A stretch of DNA of 64,000 bases from Myxococcota bacterium (GTDB lineage: Bacteria; Myxococcota_A; UBA9160; UBA6930), in NCBI GenBank assembly GCA_965223705.1, contig OZ245015.1, forward strand, positions 1,760,001 to 1,824,000, written 5' to 3'. The notes below the pieces were generated by a model. The model had not been told where the DNA came from. It worked only from the letters and a program-made list of their open reading frames with translations, and did not search any database. The position numbers and the translations under genes are program-made. Positions 33,072 to 46,334 of this stretch are shown here, piece after piece (position 1 is the stretch's first letter; each line of letters begins with the position of its first letter).

Positions 33072-34250
33072 ATGGTCGCCGGCTTTCTAGCGAGCGGCGT
33101 CGCAGCGGGCGTCAAGCCGCGCGGTCTCGACTTAGGAATTCTCGCCTGCGATACGCGGGCGTCCGTCGCGGGCGTATTCACGAAATCCCGGGCGCCGGGT
33201 GCGCCGATCCTGTGGACGAAACCGCGGGTCGCGCGCGGGCGCGCGCGGGCTGTGGTTGTGAATGCCGGCAACGCCAATGTCTGCACGGGAAGTCGCGGCC
33301 TACGCGACGCCGAGGCGATGGCGCGAGCCGTCGCGGCCAAGCTCGGTTGCCCGCCGGGCGATGTGCTCGTCGCGTCGACCGGTGTCATCGGCGTCCCGCT
33401 TCCGATGCCCAAGTTGCGAAAAGGGCTTCCCCGCGCCGTCGACGATCTCCGCGCGGGCGGGTGGTCGCGGTTTGCGCGCGCCATCATGACGACCGACACC
33501 GTCCCGAAGCAGTCGACGGTGTCGCTGAAAATTGGCGGGAAGCCCGTCGAGATCACCGGCGTCGCGAAGGGCTCGGGAATGATCGAGCCCGACATGGCGA
33601 CCATGCTGTCCTTTATCGCGACCGACGCCGAGGCCAACCCCGCCTTTCTGCGCACCGCGCTGCGCCGAGCGGCCGACGCGACGTTCAACCGTGTGACCGT
33701 CGACGCGGAGATGTCGACCAGCGACATGGTTCTCCTGTTTGCGGGCGGGCGTGCCGGCAACCCGTCGCTGCGATCGGCGAGAAGCTCTGGCGCAGCCGAG
33801 TTCGAAGCGGGCCTTCGGCAGGTGTGCGACGACCTCGCCCGAGCCGTCGCCCGAGACGGGGAGGGGGCGACGAAACTCCTCATCGTGGAGGTGAGCGGGG
33901 CGCGAACGGAGGGCGAGGCGGTTCGCGCTGCCCGCCGTGTCGCGAACTCGATGCTCGTCAAGACGGCGATTTTCGGAAGCGATCCGAACTGGGGCCGTAT
34001 CCTCCAGACCCTCGGCGCCTCGGACGTACCGATCGACCCCGACCGCTTGCGGATCGCGGTGGGCGGGCGCGTCGTCTTCCAGGGGGGGCGGCCGCGCGGC
34101 ATCGCGGCAACCCGCGGAGCCGAGCGCGCCATGCGCGGCGACGAGGTCGTCCTCGCCATCGATCTCGGGCGGGGAAGCGCGAGCGGCCATATCTACAGCT
34201 GCGATCTCACCCACGGGTACATTTCGATCAACGCCGACTACACGACCTGA
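33072..34250 (+). CDS. argJ: Ornithine acetyltransferase ArgJ
   Basis: NAGNAN, STGVIG, IMTTDT, KGSGMIEPDMATML, DPNWGR. Confidence 0.97.
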   Translation: MVAGFLASGVAAGVKPRGLDLGILACDTRASVAGVFTKSRAPGAPILWTKPRVARGRARAVVVNAGNANVCTGSRGLRDAEAMARAVAAKLGCPPGDVLVASTGVIGVPLPMPKLRKGLPRAVDDLRAGGWSRFARAIMTTDTVPKQSTVSLKIGGKPVEITGVAKGSGMIEPDMATMLSFIATDAEANPAFLRTALRRAADATFNRVTVDAEMSTSDMVLLFAGGRAGNPSLRSARSSGAAEFEAGLRQVCDDLARAVARDGEGATKLLIVEVSGARTEGEAVRAARRVANSMLVKTAIFGSDPNWGRILQTLGASDVPIDPDRLRIAVGGRVVFQGGRPRGIAATRGAERAMRGDEVVLAIDLGRGSASGHIYSCDLTHGYISINADYTT

Positions 34251-34290
34251 GGTCGGATGTGGAACGGCGAAAAATCTGCTAACTACCTGC

Positions 34291-34410
34291 GAACTCACAC
34301 GTTCCCGACTTTCCGGCGGTGTGGCGGCGGGTACTCGAAGGAGTCCGCGAGTCATCCGGGACGCGGGCCGATAGGGCCGCGCTGGGGACGGAAGACGAAC
34401 CGCGAAGGAG
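34291..34410 (+). ncRNA. Putative rpsB (S2/t44-like) autoregulatory 5' leader
   Basis: CACACG head; cgttccc (34300-34306) can pair with ggggacg (34384-34390); then gaagacgaacc. Resembles the layout of proteobacterial rpsB leaders (from memory). Confidence 0.5.
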
Positions 34411-34415
34411 AATCT

Positions 34416-37222
<2,807 letters not shown>

Positions 37223-37233
37223 CGGAGCACCAC

Positions 37234-37803
37234 ATGGCCGAAGAAGAAGTCGATCTCGTCATGACCGAAGCGACGGACGCCATGGAGAAGTCGATTCACA
37301 GTTTGAAGGTCGACATGCAGAAGATCCGGACCGGTCGCGCGAATCCGTCGGTCCTGGACGGCGTGCAGGTCGACTACTACGGAACGCCGACGCCGCTCAA
37401 CCAGCTGGCCAACCTGAGCGCGCCGGAGCCGAACTTGATCGTCATTTCGCCCTACGATCGCGCGGTGCTCGGCGACATCGAGCGCGCCATTCAAGCGGCC
37501 GATCTCGGACTTTCGCCGAACAACGACGGGAAGCTCGTGCGCATCCCGATTCCTCCGCTCACCGAGGAGCGGCGGAAAGAGCTCGTGAAGCAGGTGAAGA
37601 AGCTCGCCGAAGATCACAAGATCGGGATCCGCGAAGCACGCCGTCAGGCGATTGCCGCGCTCAAAGATTTCGAGAGCGACGGTTCACTCCCGGAGGATTC
37701 CCGACGCCGCGCCGACAAGTCCGTCCAAGATCTGACCGACAAGCACACCAAACAGGTGGACGAAATCACGAGTCAGAAAGAAGAAGAGATCCTCCAAGTC
37801 TAG
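37234..37803 (+). CDS. frr: Ribosome recycling factor
   Basis: IRTGRANP, PPLTEERRKEL. Confidence 0.98.
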   Translation: MAEEEVDLVMTEATDAMEKSIHSLKVDMQKIRTGRANPSVLDGVQVDYYGTPTPLNQLANLSAPEPNLIVISPYDRAVLGDIERAIQAADLGLSPNNDGKLVRIPIPPLTEERRKELVKQVKKLAEDHKIGIREARRQAIAALKDFESDGSLPEDSRRRADKSVQDLTDKHTKQVDEITSQKEEEILQV

Positions 37804-38552
37804 TGACCGAGCTGCCCCTTCCGCAGGACCGCCGCCCGCGGCACATCGCCATCATCATGGACGGCAACGGTCGGTGGGCGGAATCCCGCGGGCAAACGAG
37901 AAGTGACGGTCACCGGGCCGGCGTCGAAGCGGTGAAGGCCGTCGTACGCGCGGCGCGTGAGTGGGAGATCCCGTGGCTCACGCTGTACGCGTTTTCCTCG
38001 GAAAATTGGAGCCGTCCGCGCATGGAAATTCGGGCGCTGATGAAGCTTCCGGATCTGTACTTCGAAACGGAGCTCGCGAACTGTATCGAGAACGGCATTC
38101 GCATCCGCTGCATCGGCCAGCTGGATCGGCTTCCGAAGCACGTGCGGAAAACGCTCTCGAGAGCGATCCTGGACACGCGCGATCAACGCGAGATGCAGCT
38201 CGTCTTCGCCTTGTCGTACGGAGCTCGGGGCGAGCTCGTCGACGCCGCGCGCCGCCTGGCACAAGCCGTCGAATCCGGGCGACTCAGCTCGGATGCCATC
38301 GATGAGAAAACCGTGACCGCGCACCTCGACGACCCCGAACTGCCGGATGTCGACCTGTTGATCCGAACCGGGGGCGAGGCGCGCGTGTCGAACTTTCTGT
38401 TGTGGCAGAGCGCTTACGCCGAGCTTTATTTCACCGACACGATGTGGCCGGATTTCGACCGCGCCTGTCTCGCCAAGGCCATCGACTGGTACGGAGAGCG
38501 CGAGCGACGCTTCGGTCGGACGAGCGCGCAGCTGCCAGAGAAGTGCCGATGA
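37803..38552 (+). CDS. uppS: Undecaprenyl diphosphate synthase
   Basis: HIAIIMDGNGRWA, FSSENW, RVSNFLLWQ. Confidence 0.97.
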   Translation: MTELPLPQDRRPRHIAIIMDGNGRWAESRGQTRSDGHRAGVEAVKAVVRAAREWEIPWLTLYAFSSENWSRPRMEIRALMKLPDLYFETELANCIENGIRIRCIGQLDRLPKHVRKTLSRAILDTRDQREMQLVFALSYGARGELVDAARRLAQAVESGRLSSDAIDEKTVTAHLDDPELPDVDLLIRTGGEARVSNFLLWQSAYAELYFTDTMWPDFDRACLAKAIDWYGERERRFGRTSAQLPEKCR

Positions 38553-39733
38553 AGCGGATCGCGATCCTCGGCAGCACGGGCAGCATCGGCGAGCAGACGC
38601 TCGACGTGGCACTGCAGTTTCCCGAGCGCTACCGCGTGGTCGCGTTGGCTGCCGGACGCAACGTGGCGCGTCTGGCCGAACAGGTCGAGCGGTTTCGTCC
38701 CGAGATCGTCTCTGTGGCGGAGCCCGCCGGAGCGGAAGAGCTCAGGCAGCGTTTGGGAGGACGCGTCACACCCGAGATCGCCGTCGGCGCAAGCGGCCTC
38801 GACGCGGTTGCGACCGCGCCGGCCGAGCGCGTTATCGCCGGGCTCGTCGGCGCCGTGGGTATCGGTCCGACGCTCGCCGCGATTCGCGCGGGGACCGACG
38901 TTGCCCTGGCGAACAAGGAAGTGATGGTGACGGCCGGCGCTTTGGTGAACCGCGAAGCTTCGAAGCGCGGCGTGTCGATTCTCCCCGTCGACAGCGAGCA
39001 CAGCGCGATCTTTCAGGCGCTGGCCGGTCAACGCGCGCGCGACGTGTCGCGCCTGATTCTCACCGCGTCGGGCGGTCCGTTTCGCACGTGGGACGCGGCG
39101 CGCATCGCCGAAGCGACGCGCGAGGAAGCGCTCAACCACCCCAACTGGAAAATGGGGCCAAAGATCACGATCGATTCTGCGACGTTGATGAACAAGGGAC
39201 TCGAGGTGATCGAGGCGCGCTGGCTGTTCGACGCCGCACCGCGGCAGATCGACGTGGTCGTTCATCCGGAATCGATCGTCCACTCGCTCGTCGAGTTCGT
39301 CGACGGATCGGTGCTCGCGCAGCTCGGCCTGCCGGATATGCGCGTTCCCATCGCCGTCGCACTCGCGCATCCCGAGCGTCTACCCCTCGACTTGCCCCGT
39401 CTCGACCTCGCAGAACTGAAGGCGCTCCATTTCGAAGCGCCCGATGAAACCCGGTTTCCGGCTCTCGGCTTGGCGTTCCGGGCGCTCGAAGCCGGAGAGG
39501 CGGCGCCGGCCGTGCTCAACGCCGCGAACGAGGAAACCGTCGCCGCTTTCCTCGCGGGTCGGATTCGGGTCCCCGATATTGCAGCCCACAACGAGGGCGC
39601 CCTCGAGGCATTCGAGCAGGCGGGCGGCGGCGGCCTGCGCGATCTCTCCGACGTCGCCGAGGCGGATCGCTTTGGCCGAGCGTGGGTTCGCGAGCGACTC
39701 GGGATCGAGACACCACAGGAGGTCCGGGCGTGA
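38549..39733 (+). CDS. dxr: 1-deoxy-D-xylulose-5-phosphate reductoisomerase
   Basis: LGSTGSIG, LANKE, PVDSEH, NKGLEVIEA. Confidence 0.98.
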   Translation: MKRIAILGSTGSIGEQTLDVALQFPERYRVVALAAGRNVARLAEQVERFRPEIVSVAEPAGAEELRQRLGGRVTPEIAVGASGLDAVATAPAERVIAGLVGAVGIGPTLAAIRAGTDVALANKEVMVTAGALVNREASKRGVSILPVDSEHSAIFQALAGQRARDVSRLILTASGGPFRTWDAARIAEATREEALNHPNWKMGPKITIDSATLMNKGLEVIEARWLFDAAPRQIDVVVHPESIVHSLVEFVDGSVLAQLGLPDMRVPIAVALAHPERLPLDLPRLDLAELKALHFEAPDETRFPALGLAFRALEAGEAAPAVLNAANEETVAAFLAGRIRVPDIAAHNEGALEAFEQAGGGGLRDLSDVAEADRFGRAWVRERLGIETPQEVRA

Positions 39734-41400
39734 CAGGGTTGGGTACCGCCGTCGAGTTCATTTTCGCGCTGAGCCTGATGCTGGGCGTCGTGATCACCGT
39801 GCACGAGTTCGGGCATTTCATCGTCGCGAAGCTGTGCGGCGTGCGCATTCTGAAGTTCAGCGTCGGCTTTGGCTCGGCCGTCGGATTCGGGCGTTTCCGC
39901 CTGCGGGGTGTGCGGAACGGCACGGAGTACGCGTTGTCGTGGCTCCCGCTCGGGGGCTACGTCCGGATGCAGGGGGAGTACGGCGAGGAAACGGACGGCA
40001 TCCCGCCCGGTCCGGGGGAGCCGTTCTCCGAAAAAGCACTTTGGCAGAAGCTCCTCATTCTCGTAGCCGGCCCCGGCATGAATCTCCTCCTACCCGTGCT
40101 GCTCTTTGCCGCCGCGCTGTGGGTCGGTGTGGAGCGACCCGAAGCGGTCGTCGGCAGCGTCGAGCGCGGGTCGCCCGCGGCGGAAGCGGGGCTCCTTCCA
40201 GGCGATCGCATCGCAGCGATCGACGGGGAGCCGGTTCGCTGGTGGAGCGAAGTCGAAGAGGCGGTGCGCGGGAATCCCGGCGATCGGGTCGCGCTCGAGG
40301 TCGCCCGCGGCGACGAGCGGATTCCGATTCCCCTCGAGATCGGCAGTCGGCGCGGCGTCGACACGTTCCGCACGCCGGCCGAGGTCGGGTGGCTCGGCCT
40401 TCGTCATCACCGCCAGATGCCCGTGATCGGCGTGCCGTCTTCCGACTCCGCGGCGGCCGCGGCCGGGTTCCACTCCGGGGATCGCATCGTTTCTGTCGAC
40501 GGCCACATCGTCGAAGACTGGGGATCCTTCGCACAGCGCGTCCTCGCCGGCACCGGATCGGTCGACATCGTTCTCGAGCGCGGCGGTGAGGGCGAAGCGG
40601 AGCGGGTCGAGCTCGCGATGCCGCCGGCCGAGCATCTCGAAGCCTTCGGCCTGATCCCGGCGGTGGTCCTCGTCGCACAAGTGGCGCCCGATTCCGCGGC
40701 CAGCGAGGCCGGCGTCGAGGCCGGGGACCTCATCGTCGCTGTCGACGGCGAACCCGTGGGAAGCTTTTTTACCTTCCAAGAGACCGTGCTCGGCAGCGAA
40801 GGCCGCACCCTCGACGTATCGATCGCTCGCGACGGGGAATCTCTCACGGTTCCGATCGCCCCGCGACTGATGGAAACGGAAGTCGCCGGTACCCGTCAGG
40901 ACGCGTACCGGATCGGGATCCACGGCGAGAACGCCGTGCTCGCGGGCACACTCGCACTCGATCAGACGCGCAATCCCATCGTCGCCGTCGCTCGCGGCGC
41001 GCAGCAGACGGCCGAGATCACGGTGCTCTTTCTCCGCGGTCTCAAAAAGCTCGTCGCAGGCGATATCTCCAGGAAGAACATCGGCGGCCCCATCGAGATC
41101 GCGCGTCAGTCTCACAATGCCCTGCGGGACGGTTGGGACCGTTTCATGAACGTGCTGATTCTCATCAGCATCAACATCGGCATCTTGAACCTACTGCCGA
41201 TTCCCATGCTCGATGGCGGTCAGGCCATCGTGTACAGCGTCGAGAGCCTGAAGCGGGGCCCGCTCTCTCAGCGAACGCGATTGCTGGTGCAGCAAGTCGG
41301 CGTGGTGTTCTTGCTGTCCATCATGGGGTTCGCCTTCTGGAACGATATTTCGAGAAATTGGTCGAGCTTCTTTGAATGGTTCAAGAACCTCGTGGCTTGA
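39730..41400 (+). CDS. rseP: RIP metalloprotease RseP (multiple PDZ domains)
   Basis: HEFGH, PLGGYV, AGPGMN, NLLPIPMLDGG. Confidence 0.96.
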   Translation: MTGLGTAVEFIFALSLMLGVVITVHEFGHFIVAKLCGVRILKFSVGFGSAVGFGRFRLRGVRNGTEYALSWLPLGGYVRMQGEYGEETDGIPPGPGEPFSEKALWQKLLILVAGPGMNLLLPVLLFAAALWVGVERPEAVVGSVERGSPAAEAGLLPGDRIAAIDGEPVRWWSEVEEAVRGNPGDRVALEVARGDERIPIPLEIGSRRGVDTFRTPAEVGWLGLRHHRQMPVIGVPSSDSAAAAAGFHSGDRIVSVDGHIVEDWGSFAQRVLAGTGSVDIVLERGGEGEAERVELAMPPAEHLEAFGLIPAVVLVAQVAPDSAASEAGVEAGDLIVAVDGEPVGSFFTFQETVLGSEGRTLDVSIARDGESLTVPIAPRLMETEVAGTRQDAYRIGIHGENAVLAGTLALDQTRNPIVAVARGAQQTAEITVLFLRGLKKLVAGDISRKNIGGPIEIARQSHNALRDGWDRFMNVLILISINIGILNLLPIPMLDGGQAIVYSVESLKRGPLSQRTRLLVQQVGVVFLLSIMGFAFWNDISRNWSSFFEWFKNLVA

Positions 41401-42092
41401 TCCTCGCTATCGACACCGCGACCCGTCGCTTGTCGGTCGCGCTGATGGACGGCGACGCCTGTGTGGGTCGTTACGACGACGATGAGAAACGGCTACACGC
41501 GGAGGGTCTCCTGCCCGCCATCGAGGGGCTGCTCCGCACGGCGGCGGTCTCGGTCGAGGAGCTCCTGGCGTTTGCCGTCTCGATCGGCCCCGGTTCTTTC
41601 ACGGGGCTGCGGATCGGTCTGGCCACGGTCAAGGGACTCACGTTCGGCGGAACCCAGCCGGTCGTTCCCGTGCCGACCCTGCTCGGGCTGGCGGTCGCGG
41701 CCGACGCGCCTGGTGTTCGCGGTGCCGTGCTCGACGCACGCCGGGGCGAGGCGTACGCCGCTTGGCTGCCTCGGGGCGCCGCCGCTCTCGCAGGTGAGGG
41801 CGTCTACACCCCGGAGAGCCTCGCTGCGGTCTTGCCGCCCGGCGCGACGATCGCTGTCGGTGAAGACGCTGACGCGTTCGCCAAGAGCTTGAGCGGGCGC
41901 GTCGAGGTCTCCCTTGTCCAGCCCGTGCCCACCTGCGCTGAGCGCATCGGCAAGCTCGCCCGCCCGTTGTTGGCCGGCGGGGTGGGAGGCCCGGGTGCCG
42001 ACCTCGTCCCGCACTACGTGCGCCGCGCCGAAGCCGAGGTCAGGCGGACCGGTGAGCGCTTTGAACCGGTGCCCGACACTGCTTCAGACTGA
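41397..42092 (+). CDS. tsaB: tRNA threonylcarbamoyladenosine biosynthesis protein TsaB
   Basis: ILAIDTAT, GPGSFTGLRIG, DARRGE. Confidence 0.95.
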   Translation: MILAIDTATRRLSVALMDGDACVGRYDDDEKRLHAEGLLPAIEGLLRTAAVSVEELLAFAVSIGPGSFTGLRIGLATVKGLTFGGTQPVVPVPTLLGLAVAADAPGVRGAVLDARRGEAYAAWLPRGAAALAGEGVYTPESLAAVLPPGATIAVGEDADAFAKSLSGRVEVSLVQPVPTCAERIGKLARPLLAGGVGGPGADLVPHYVRRAEAEVRRTGERFEPVPDTASD

Positions 42093-42094
42093 TT

Positions 42095-42123
42095 TTGACA
42101 GTGGCCGGAGGGTCGCGTAGGGT
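42095..42123 (+). promoter_or_regulatory. Sigma70-type promoter for the ilvC operon
   Basis: TTGACA-N17-TAGGGT. Confidence 0.6.
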
Positions 42124-42240
42124 CGCGTATTCTCTCGTTCCCACGGGCATGTAGCCGATCTCGCGGCCGCCCGAACGGCCCGACCCGGGCGGATCACGGG
42201 CATTCCGAACCGGGCGGGACCCCCACGTTGGAGGTCGCCG

Positions 42241-43263
42241 GTGGCGCTTCAGATTTACTACGACAAGGATGCCGACCTCGCGCGGCTCGAAGGCAAGACC
42301 GTCGCGATCATCGGCTACGGCAGCCAGGGGCACGCGCACGCGCAGAACCTCCACAACTCGGGTGTGTCGGTGGTCGTGGGGCTACGCGAAGGTTCCGCGT
42401 CCTGGGACAAGGCGAAGTCCGCGGGTCTCCGTGTGGAGACGACGGCGGATGCCGCGAAGGCCGGCGACATCGTGATGCTCACGGTTCCCGACGAGTTGGC
42501 GGCGGGTCTCTACGAGGCCGACGTGCGTCCGAACCTCTCGCCCGGCAACTACTTGGCCGTTGCGCACGGCTTCAACATCCACTTCCGCGCCATCGAGCCC
42601 GACCCCGGCGTGAACGTGTTCATGGTGGCGCCGAAGGGGCCCGGTCACACGGTCCGTGCGCTCTACGAGCAGGGCCGAGGCGTTCCCTCGCTTGTCGCCG
42701 TCGATGCCGATCCCTCGGGCGATACGCTCCAAACGGCGCTGGCGTACGCGAAAGGCCTCGGCGCCGGTCGCGCCGGCATCATCGAGACCACGTTCCGAGA
42801 CGAGACCGAGACGGATCTCTTTGGCGAGCAAACGGTGCTTTGCGGCGGCCTCACGTCGCTGATGGCGGCCGGTTACGAAACTCTCGTCGAGGCGGGTTAC
42901 CCGCCGGAGATGGCGTACTTCGAGACGATTCACGAAGTGAAGCTCATCGTCGATCTCATCTACGAAAACGGTATGGCGAACATGCGGTACTCGGTGTCGA
43001 ACACCGCCGAATACGGCGATCTTACGCGCGGCCCCCGGGTCATCGATGCAAACGTGAAGGCGCGGATGAAGGAAATCCTCACCGAGATTCAGGAAGGTAC
43101 GTTCGCCAAGGAGTTCATTCTCGAGAACCGCTCCGGGGGCGTCTCCTTTGGCGCGTTGCGAAAGCGGGCGGCCGAACACCCGATGGAAGAGGTCGGCGCC
43201 AGGCTTCGCGGCCTGATGCCGTGGCTGAAGGAGAACCAGCTCGTCGACCGCTCGAAGAACTGA
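42241..43263 (+). CDS. ilvC: Ketol-acid reductoisomerase
   Basis: [34 protein letters not shown]. Confidence 0.98.
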   Translation: MALQIYYDKDADLARLEGKTVAIIGYGSQGHAHAQNLHNSGVSVVVGLREGSASWDKAKSAGLRVETTADAAKAGDIVMLTVPDELAAGLYEADVRPNLSPGNYLAVAHGFNIHFRAIEPDPGVNVFMVAPKGPGHTVRALYEQGRGVPSLVAVDADPSGDTLQTALAYAKGLGAGRAGIIETTFRDETETDLFGEQTVLCGGLTSLMAAGYETLVEAGYPPEMAYFETIHEVKLIVDLIYENGMANMRYSVSNTAEYGDLTRGPRVIDANVKARMKEILTEIQEGTFAKEFILENRSGGVSFGALRKRAAEHPMEEVGARLRGLMPWLKENQLVDRSKN

Positions 43264-43273
43264 ACGAGCCGCG

Positions 43274-43957
43274 ATGGCGGAAACCGTCGGCCGCGAGCCG
43301 GTCTTCGAAGAGCGACTGACCGGCTGGTTTGCAAGCGATGCCAAGGCGGTTGCGATACCGGCCTTCATGGCGGCAGTGGTTTGTTGGGCGCTCGGGCTCG
43401 GGTGGCTCGCGCTCTTCGCGGCACTCCTCGGCGCGGCGGTGGCTGCGTTCTTTCGCAATCCAGACCGCGAGATTCCCGCGGATCCCCGTGCCGTCATCGC
43501 GCCGGCCGACGGCCGGGTGATCGAAGTGGTGCCCGTCGAGATGGCGGACGGGAGCCGCGCCCTGCGGATCGGCATCTTCCTTTCCGTCTTCGACGTCCAC
43601 ATCAACCGCGCGCCCGTCGCGGGGCGCGTGCTCGAACTCGCTCGGTCAGGCGACGAGTACTTGGCCGCATTCAACCGCGAGGCACCGGAGCGCAACGTGC
43701 GCCTCGCGATGAAACTCGAAACCGAGTCGGGAGCCCCGGTCTGGGTCGTCCAGATCACCGGGTGGATCGCGCGGCGGATCGTTTGTCACGTCCGAGAAGG
43801 CGAGTGGCTGGGTCGCGGGATCCGCTACGGGTTGATTCGGTTCGGGTCCCGCACCGACGTCCTGTTGCCGGAGAACTGTCAGGCCCAGGTCACCGCGAAG
43901 CAGCGCGTTTGGGGCGGTCGTAGCATCATTGCGACTTTTCCAGGAGATGCGTCGTGA
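43274..43957 (+). CDS. psd: Phosphatidylserine decarboxylase
   Basis: FFRNPDR, APADG, DVHINRAP, IRFGSR. Confidence 0.94.
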   Translation: MAETVGREPVFEERLTGWFASDAKAVAIPAFMAAVVCWALGLGWLALFAALLGAAVAAFFRNPDREIPADPRAVIAPADGRVIEVVPVEMADGSRALRIGIFLSVFDVHINRAPVAGRVLELARSGDEYLAAFNREAPERNVRLAMKLETESGAPVWVVQITGWIARRIVCHVREGEWLGRGIRYGLIRFGSRTDVLLPENCQAQVTAKQRVWGGRSIIATFPGDAS

Positions 43958-44775
43958 CCGCCGAGCCCAAGCTGCCCGCCGAAGTCGCGCCGGCTCGCCG
44001 CCGCCGCGGTAGGCGATCGGGTCGCGGCTTCGCCACGCTGCTGCCGCATCTCCTCACCACCGGCAATCTCGGCGCGGGTTTCTACGCCATTGTGACGGCG
44101 CCGACCGATCTCGATCGTGCCGCCGCGGCTGTCTTTGTCGCGATGATCTTCGATTTCCTCGATGGACGGGCGGCTCGGATGGCGCGCGCCACGAGCCGCT
44201 TCGGGGTGGAGTACGACTCGATCTCCGACACCGTCTCCTTCGGCGTCGCACCGGCGGTGATGGCGTTCAGCGCCGGGACGATGCAGGAGCTCGGCTGGAC
44301 CGGCTGGGTGTTGGCGTTCATGTTTACGTCGTGCGCCGGGTTGAGACTCGCGCGCTTCAACGTCTCTCCTGCGCGTTTCCCGGGCTGTTTCGAGGGTTTG
44401 CCGAGCCCCGCTGCCGCCGGAATGGTCGCGAGTTCCGTGTTTCTCACCACCACGCTCAGGGAGAGCGGATGGGAGCTCGGCGTCCCGCCCGCCCTGGTCG
44501 GCTTCGGCCTGGCGAGTCTCGGGCTCCTCATGGTGAGTCCGGTCCCGTATCGCAGTTTCAAAGAGCTCGATCTTCGGGGCTCCTACAGCACGGTGGTGAT
44601 CGCTGTGGTCGGCGTGGGAATCATCGGCCTCAAGCCCTCGGTGACTTTCCCACTAATCGGTATCCTCTACGTCCTGTCCGGGCCGGTCGAGTGGCTCTAC
44701 CGGTGGCAGAAGGGCTGCCCTCGGGAGCCGGTTTCGGTTCCGGACTCCATCGCGGCGGAAGACGCCAAGGAATAA
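43954..44775 (+). CDS. pssA: CDP-diacylglycerol--serine O-phosphatidyltransferase
   Basis: DFLDGRAAR...GVEYDSISDTVSFGVAP, LRLARFN, FEGLPSP. Confidence 0.94.
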   Translation: MTAEPKLPAEVAPARRRRGRRSGRGFATLLPHLLTTGNLGAGFYAIVTAPTDLDRAAAAVFVAMIFDFLDGRAARMARATSRFGVEYDSISDTVSFGVAPAVMAFSAGTMQELGWTGWVLAFMFTSCAGLRLARFNVSPARFPGCFEGLPSPAAAGMVASSVFLTTTLRESGWELGVPPALVGFGLASLGLLMVSPVPYRSFKELDLRGSYSTVVIAVVGVGIIGLKPSVTFPLIGILYVLSGPVEWLYRWQKGCPREPVSVPDSIAAEDAKE

Positions 44776-44779
44776 CGCC

Positions 44780-46327
44780 ATGAGCGACGGACACATCCGC
44801 ATTTTCGACACGACCCTCCGAGACGGCGAGCAGTCCCCGGGCTGCAGCATGAACCTGCAGGAGAAGCTCGCTCTCGCTCGCCAGCTCGAGCGGCTCGGAG
44901 TGGATGTGATCGAAGCGGGGTTCCCGATCGCAAGCGAAGGCGATTTCGAGTCCGTGCGCGCGGTCGCGAACGAAATCAAGAAGGCGACGATCGCGGGTCT
45001 CGCGCGCACGGGTAAAGAAGATGTCGATCGCGCGGTCGAGGCAGTCGAGGGGGCGGCGAAGCCCCGGGTTCATATCTTCATCGCGACGAGCGACATCCAT
45101 CTCGAGCACAAGCTGCGGATGGGGCGCGAGCAAGTGCTCGAAGAAGTCGACCGCTCCGTGCGGCAGGCGCGACGCCATGTCGACGACGTCGAGTTCTCGG
45201 CGGAAGACGCGACGCGGTCCGATTGGGACTACTTGGTCGACGTGTTCAAGGTTGCGAAGGAAGCGGGCGCGTCCACGCTGAACGTGCCCGATACGGTGGG
45301 CTACACGACGCCGATCGAATACTACGAATTGATCTCCCACCTCCGGGAGCGCATCCCCGGCAGCGACGATGTCGTCTTCAGCCTCCACTGTCACAACGAC
45401 CTGGGGCTCGGTGTGGCGAACAGCCTCTCGGCGATCCGCGCCGGGGCGCGACAGGTCGAGTGCACGATCAACGGCATCGGGGAGCGCGCCGGGAACACGG
45501 CCCTCGAAGAGGTCGTGATGGCGCTCCGCACCCGGAAGGATTTCTACAAGAACCTCGATACGAAGATCAACACCGAGGAGATCTACCCCACGAGTCGCCT
45601 GCTCTCGTCGATCATCGGGGTAAACGTGCAGCCCAACAAAGCGATTGTGGGCGACAACGCGTTCGCCCACGAAGCCGGTATTCACCAGCACGGCGTGCTG
45701 CAGGCCGCGATTACGTACGAGATCATGACGCCACAGTCGATCGGCCGAGCTTCCAACGAGTTGGTGCTCGGCAAGCACTCCGGTCGCCACGCGTTCCGCG
45801 ACCGTCTCGCCGAGATGGGCTACGAAATCGAGGGCGACGACTTCCAGCGCGCGTTCAAGCAGTTCAAAGACTTGGCCGACCGCAAGAAGGTCATCTACCA
45901 AGAGGATCTCGAAGCGTTGGTGGCGGACTCCGTGACGTATCACGAAGGTCGCTACGAGCTCGGCGAAATGTCGATCGTGAGCGGCACCTTCGCGACGCCG
46001 ACCGCCACCGTAGAGATGCGGATCGACGGCAAGAGCGTGAAGACGAGTGCGATGGGTGATGGCCCCGTCGACGCTGTCTTCAAGGCGATCGCCGACCTCA
46101 CCGAAACCAAGAGCGAGCTCGAGCACTACCAGGTCAAGGCCATCACGGGCGGCATGGACGCGCAGGGCGAAGTCAGCGTGACATTGTCCGAAGACGATCG
46201 CCGGATGATTGGAAACGGTTCCCACACCGACATCATCGTGGCGAGCGCGAAGGCCTACGTGCAGGCGCTGAACAAGCTCGAATGGCACATCGCCCGGCGC
46301 GCGGCCGACGCGCCTCGCGGCATCTAG
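44780..46327 (+). CDS. leuA: 2-isopropylmalate synthase
   Basis: DTTLRDGEQ, HCHNDLG, GERAGN, regulatory GDGPVDA. Confidence 0.97.
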   Translation: MSDGHIRIFDTTLRDGEQSPGCSMNLQEKLALARQLERLGVDVIEAGFPIASEGDFESVRAVANEIKKATIAGLARTGKEDVDRAVEAVEGAAKPRVHIFIATSDIHLEHKLRMGREQVLEEVDRSVRQARRHVDDVEFSAEDATRSDWDYLVDVFKVAKEAGASTLNVPDTVGYTTPIEYYELISHLRERIPGSDDVVFSLHCHNDLGLGVANSLSAIRAGARQVECTINGIGERAGNTALEEVVMALRTRKDFYKNLDTKINTEEIYPTSRLLSSIIGVNVQPNKAIVGDNAFAHEAGIHQHGVLQAAITYEIMTPQSIGRASNELVLGKHSGRHAFRDRLAEMGYEIEGDDFQRAFKQFKDLADRKKVIYQEDLEALVADSVTYHEGRYELGEMSIVSGTFATPTATVEMRIDGKSVKTSAMGDGPVDAVFKAIADLTETKSELEHYQVKAITGGMDAQGEVSVTLSEDDRRMIGNGSHTDIIVASAKAYVQALNKLEWHIARRAADAPRGI

Positions 46328-46334
46328 GAGGCCC

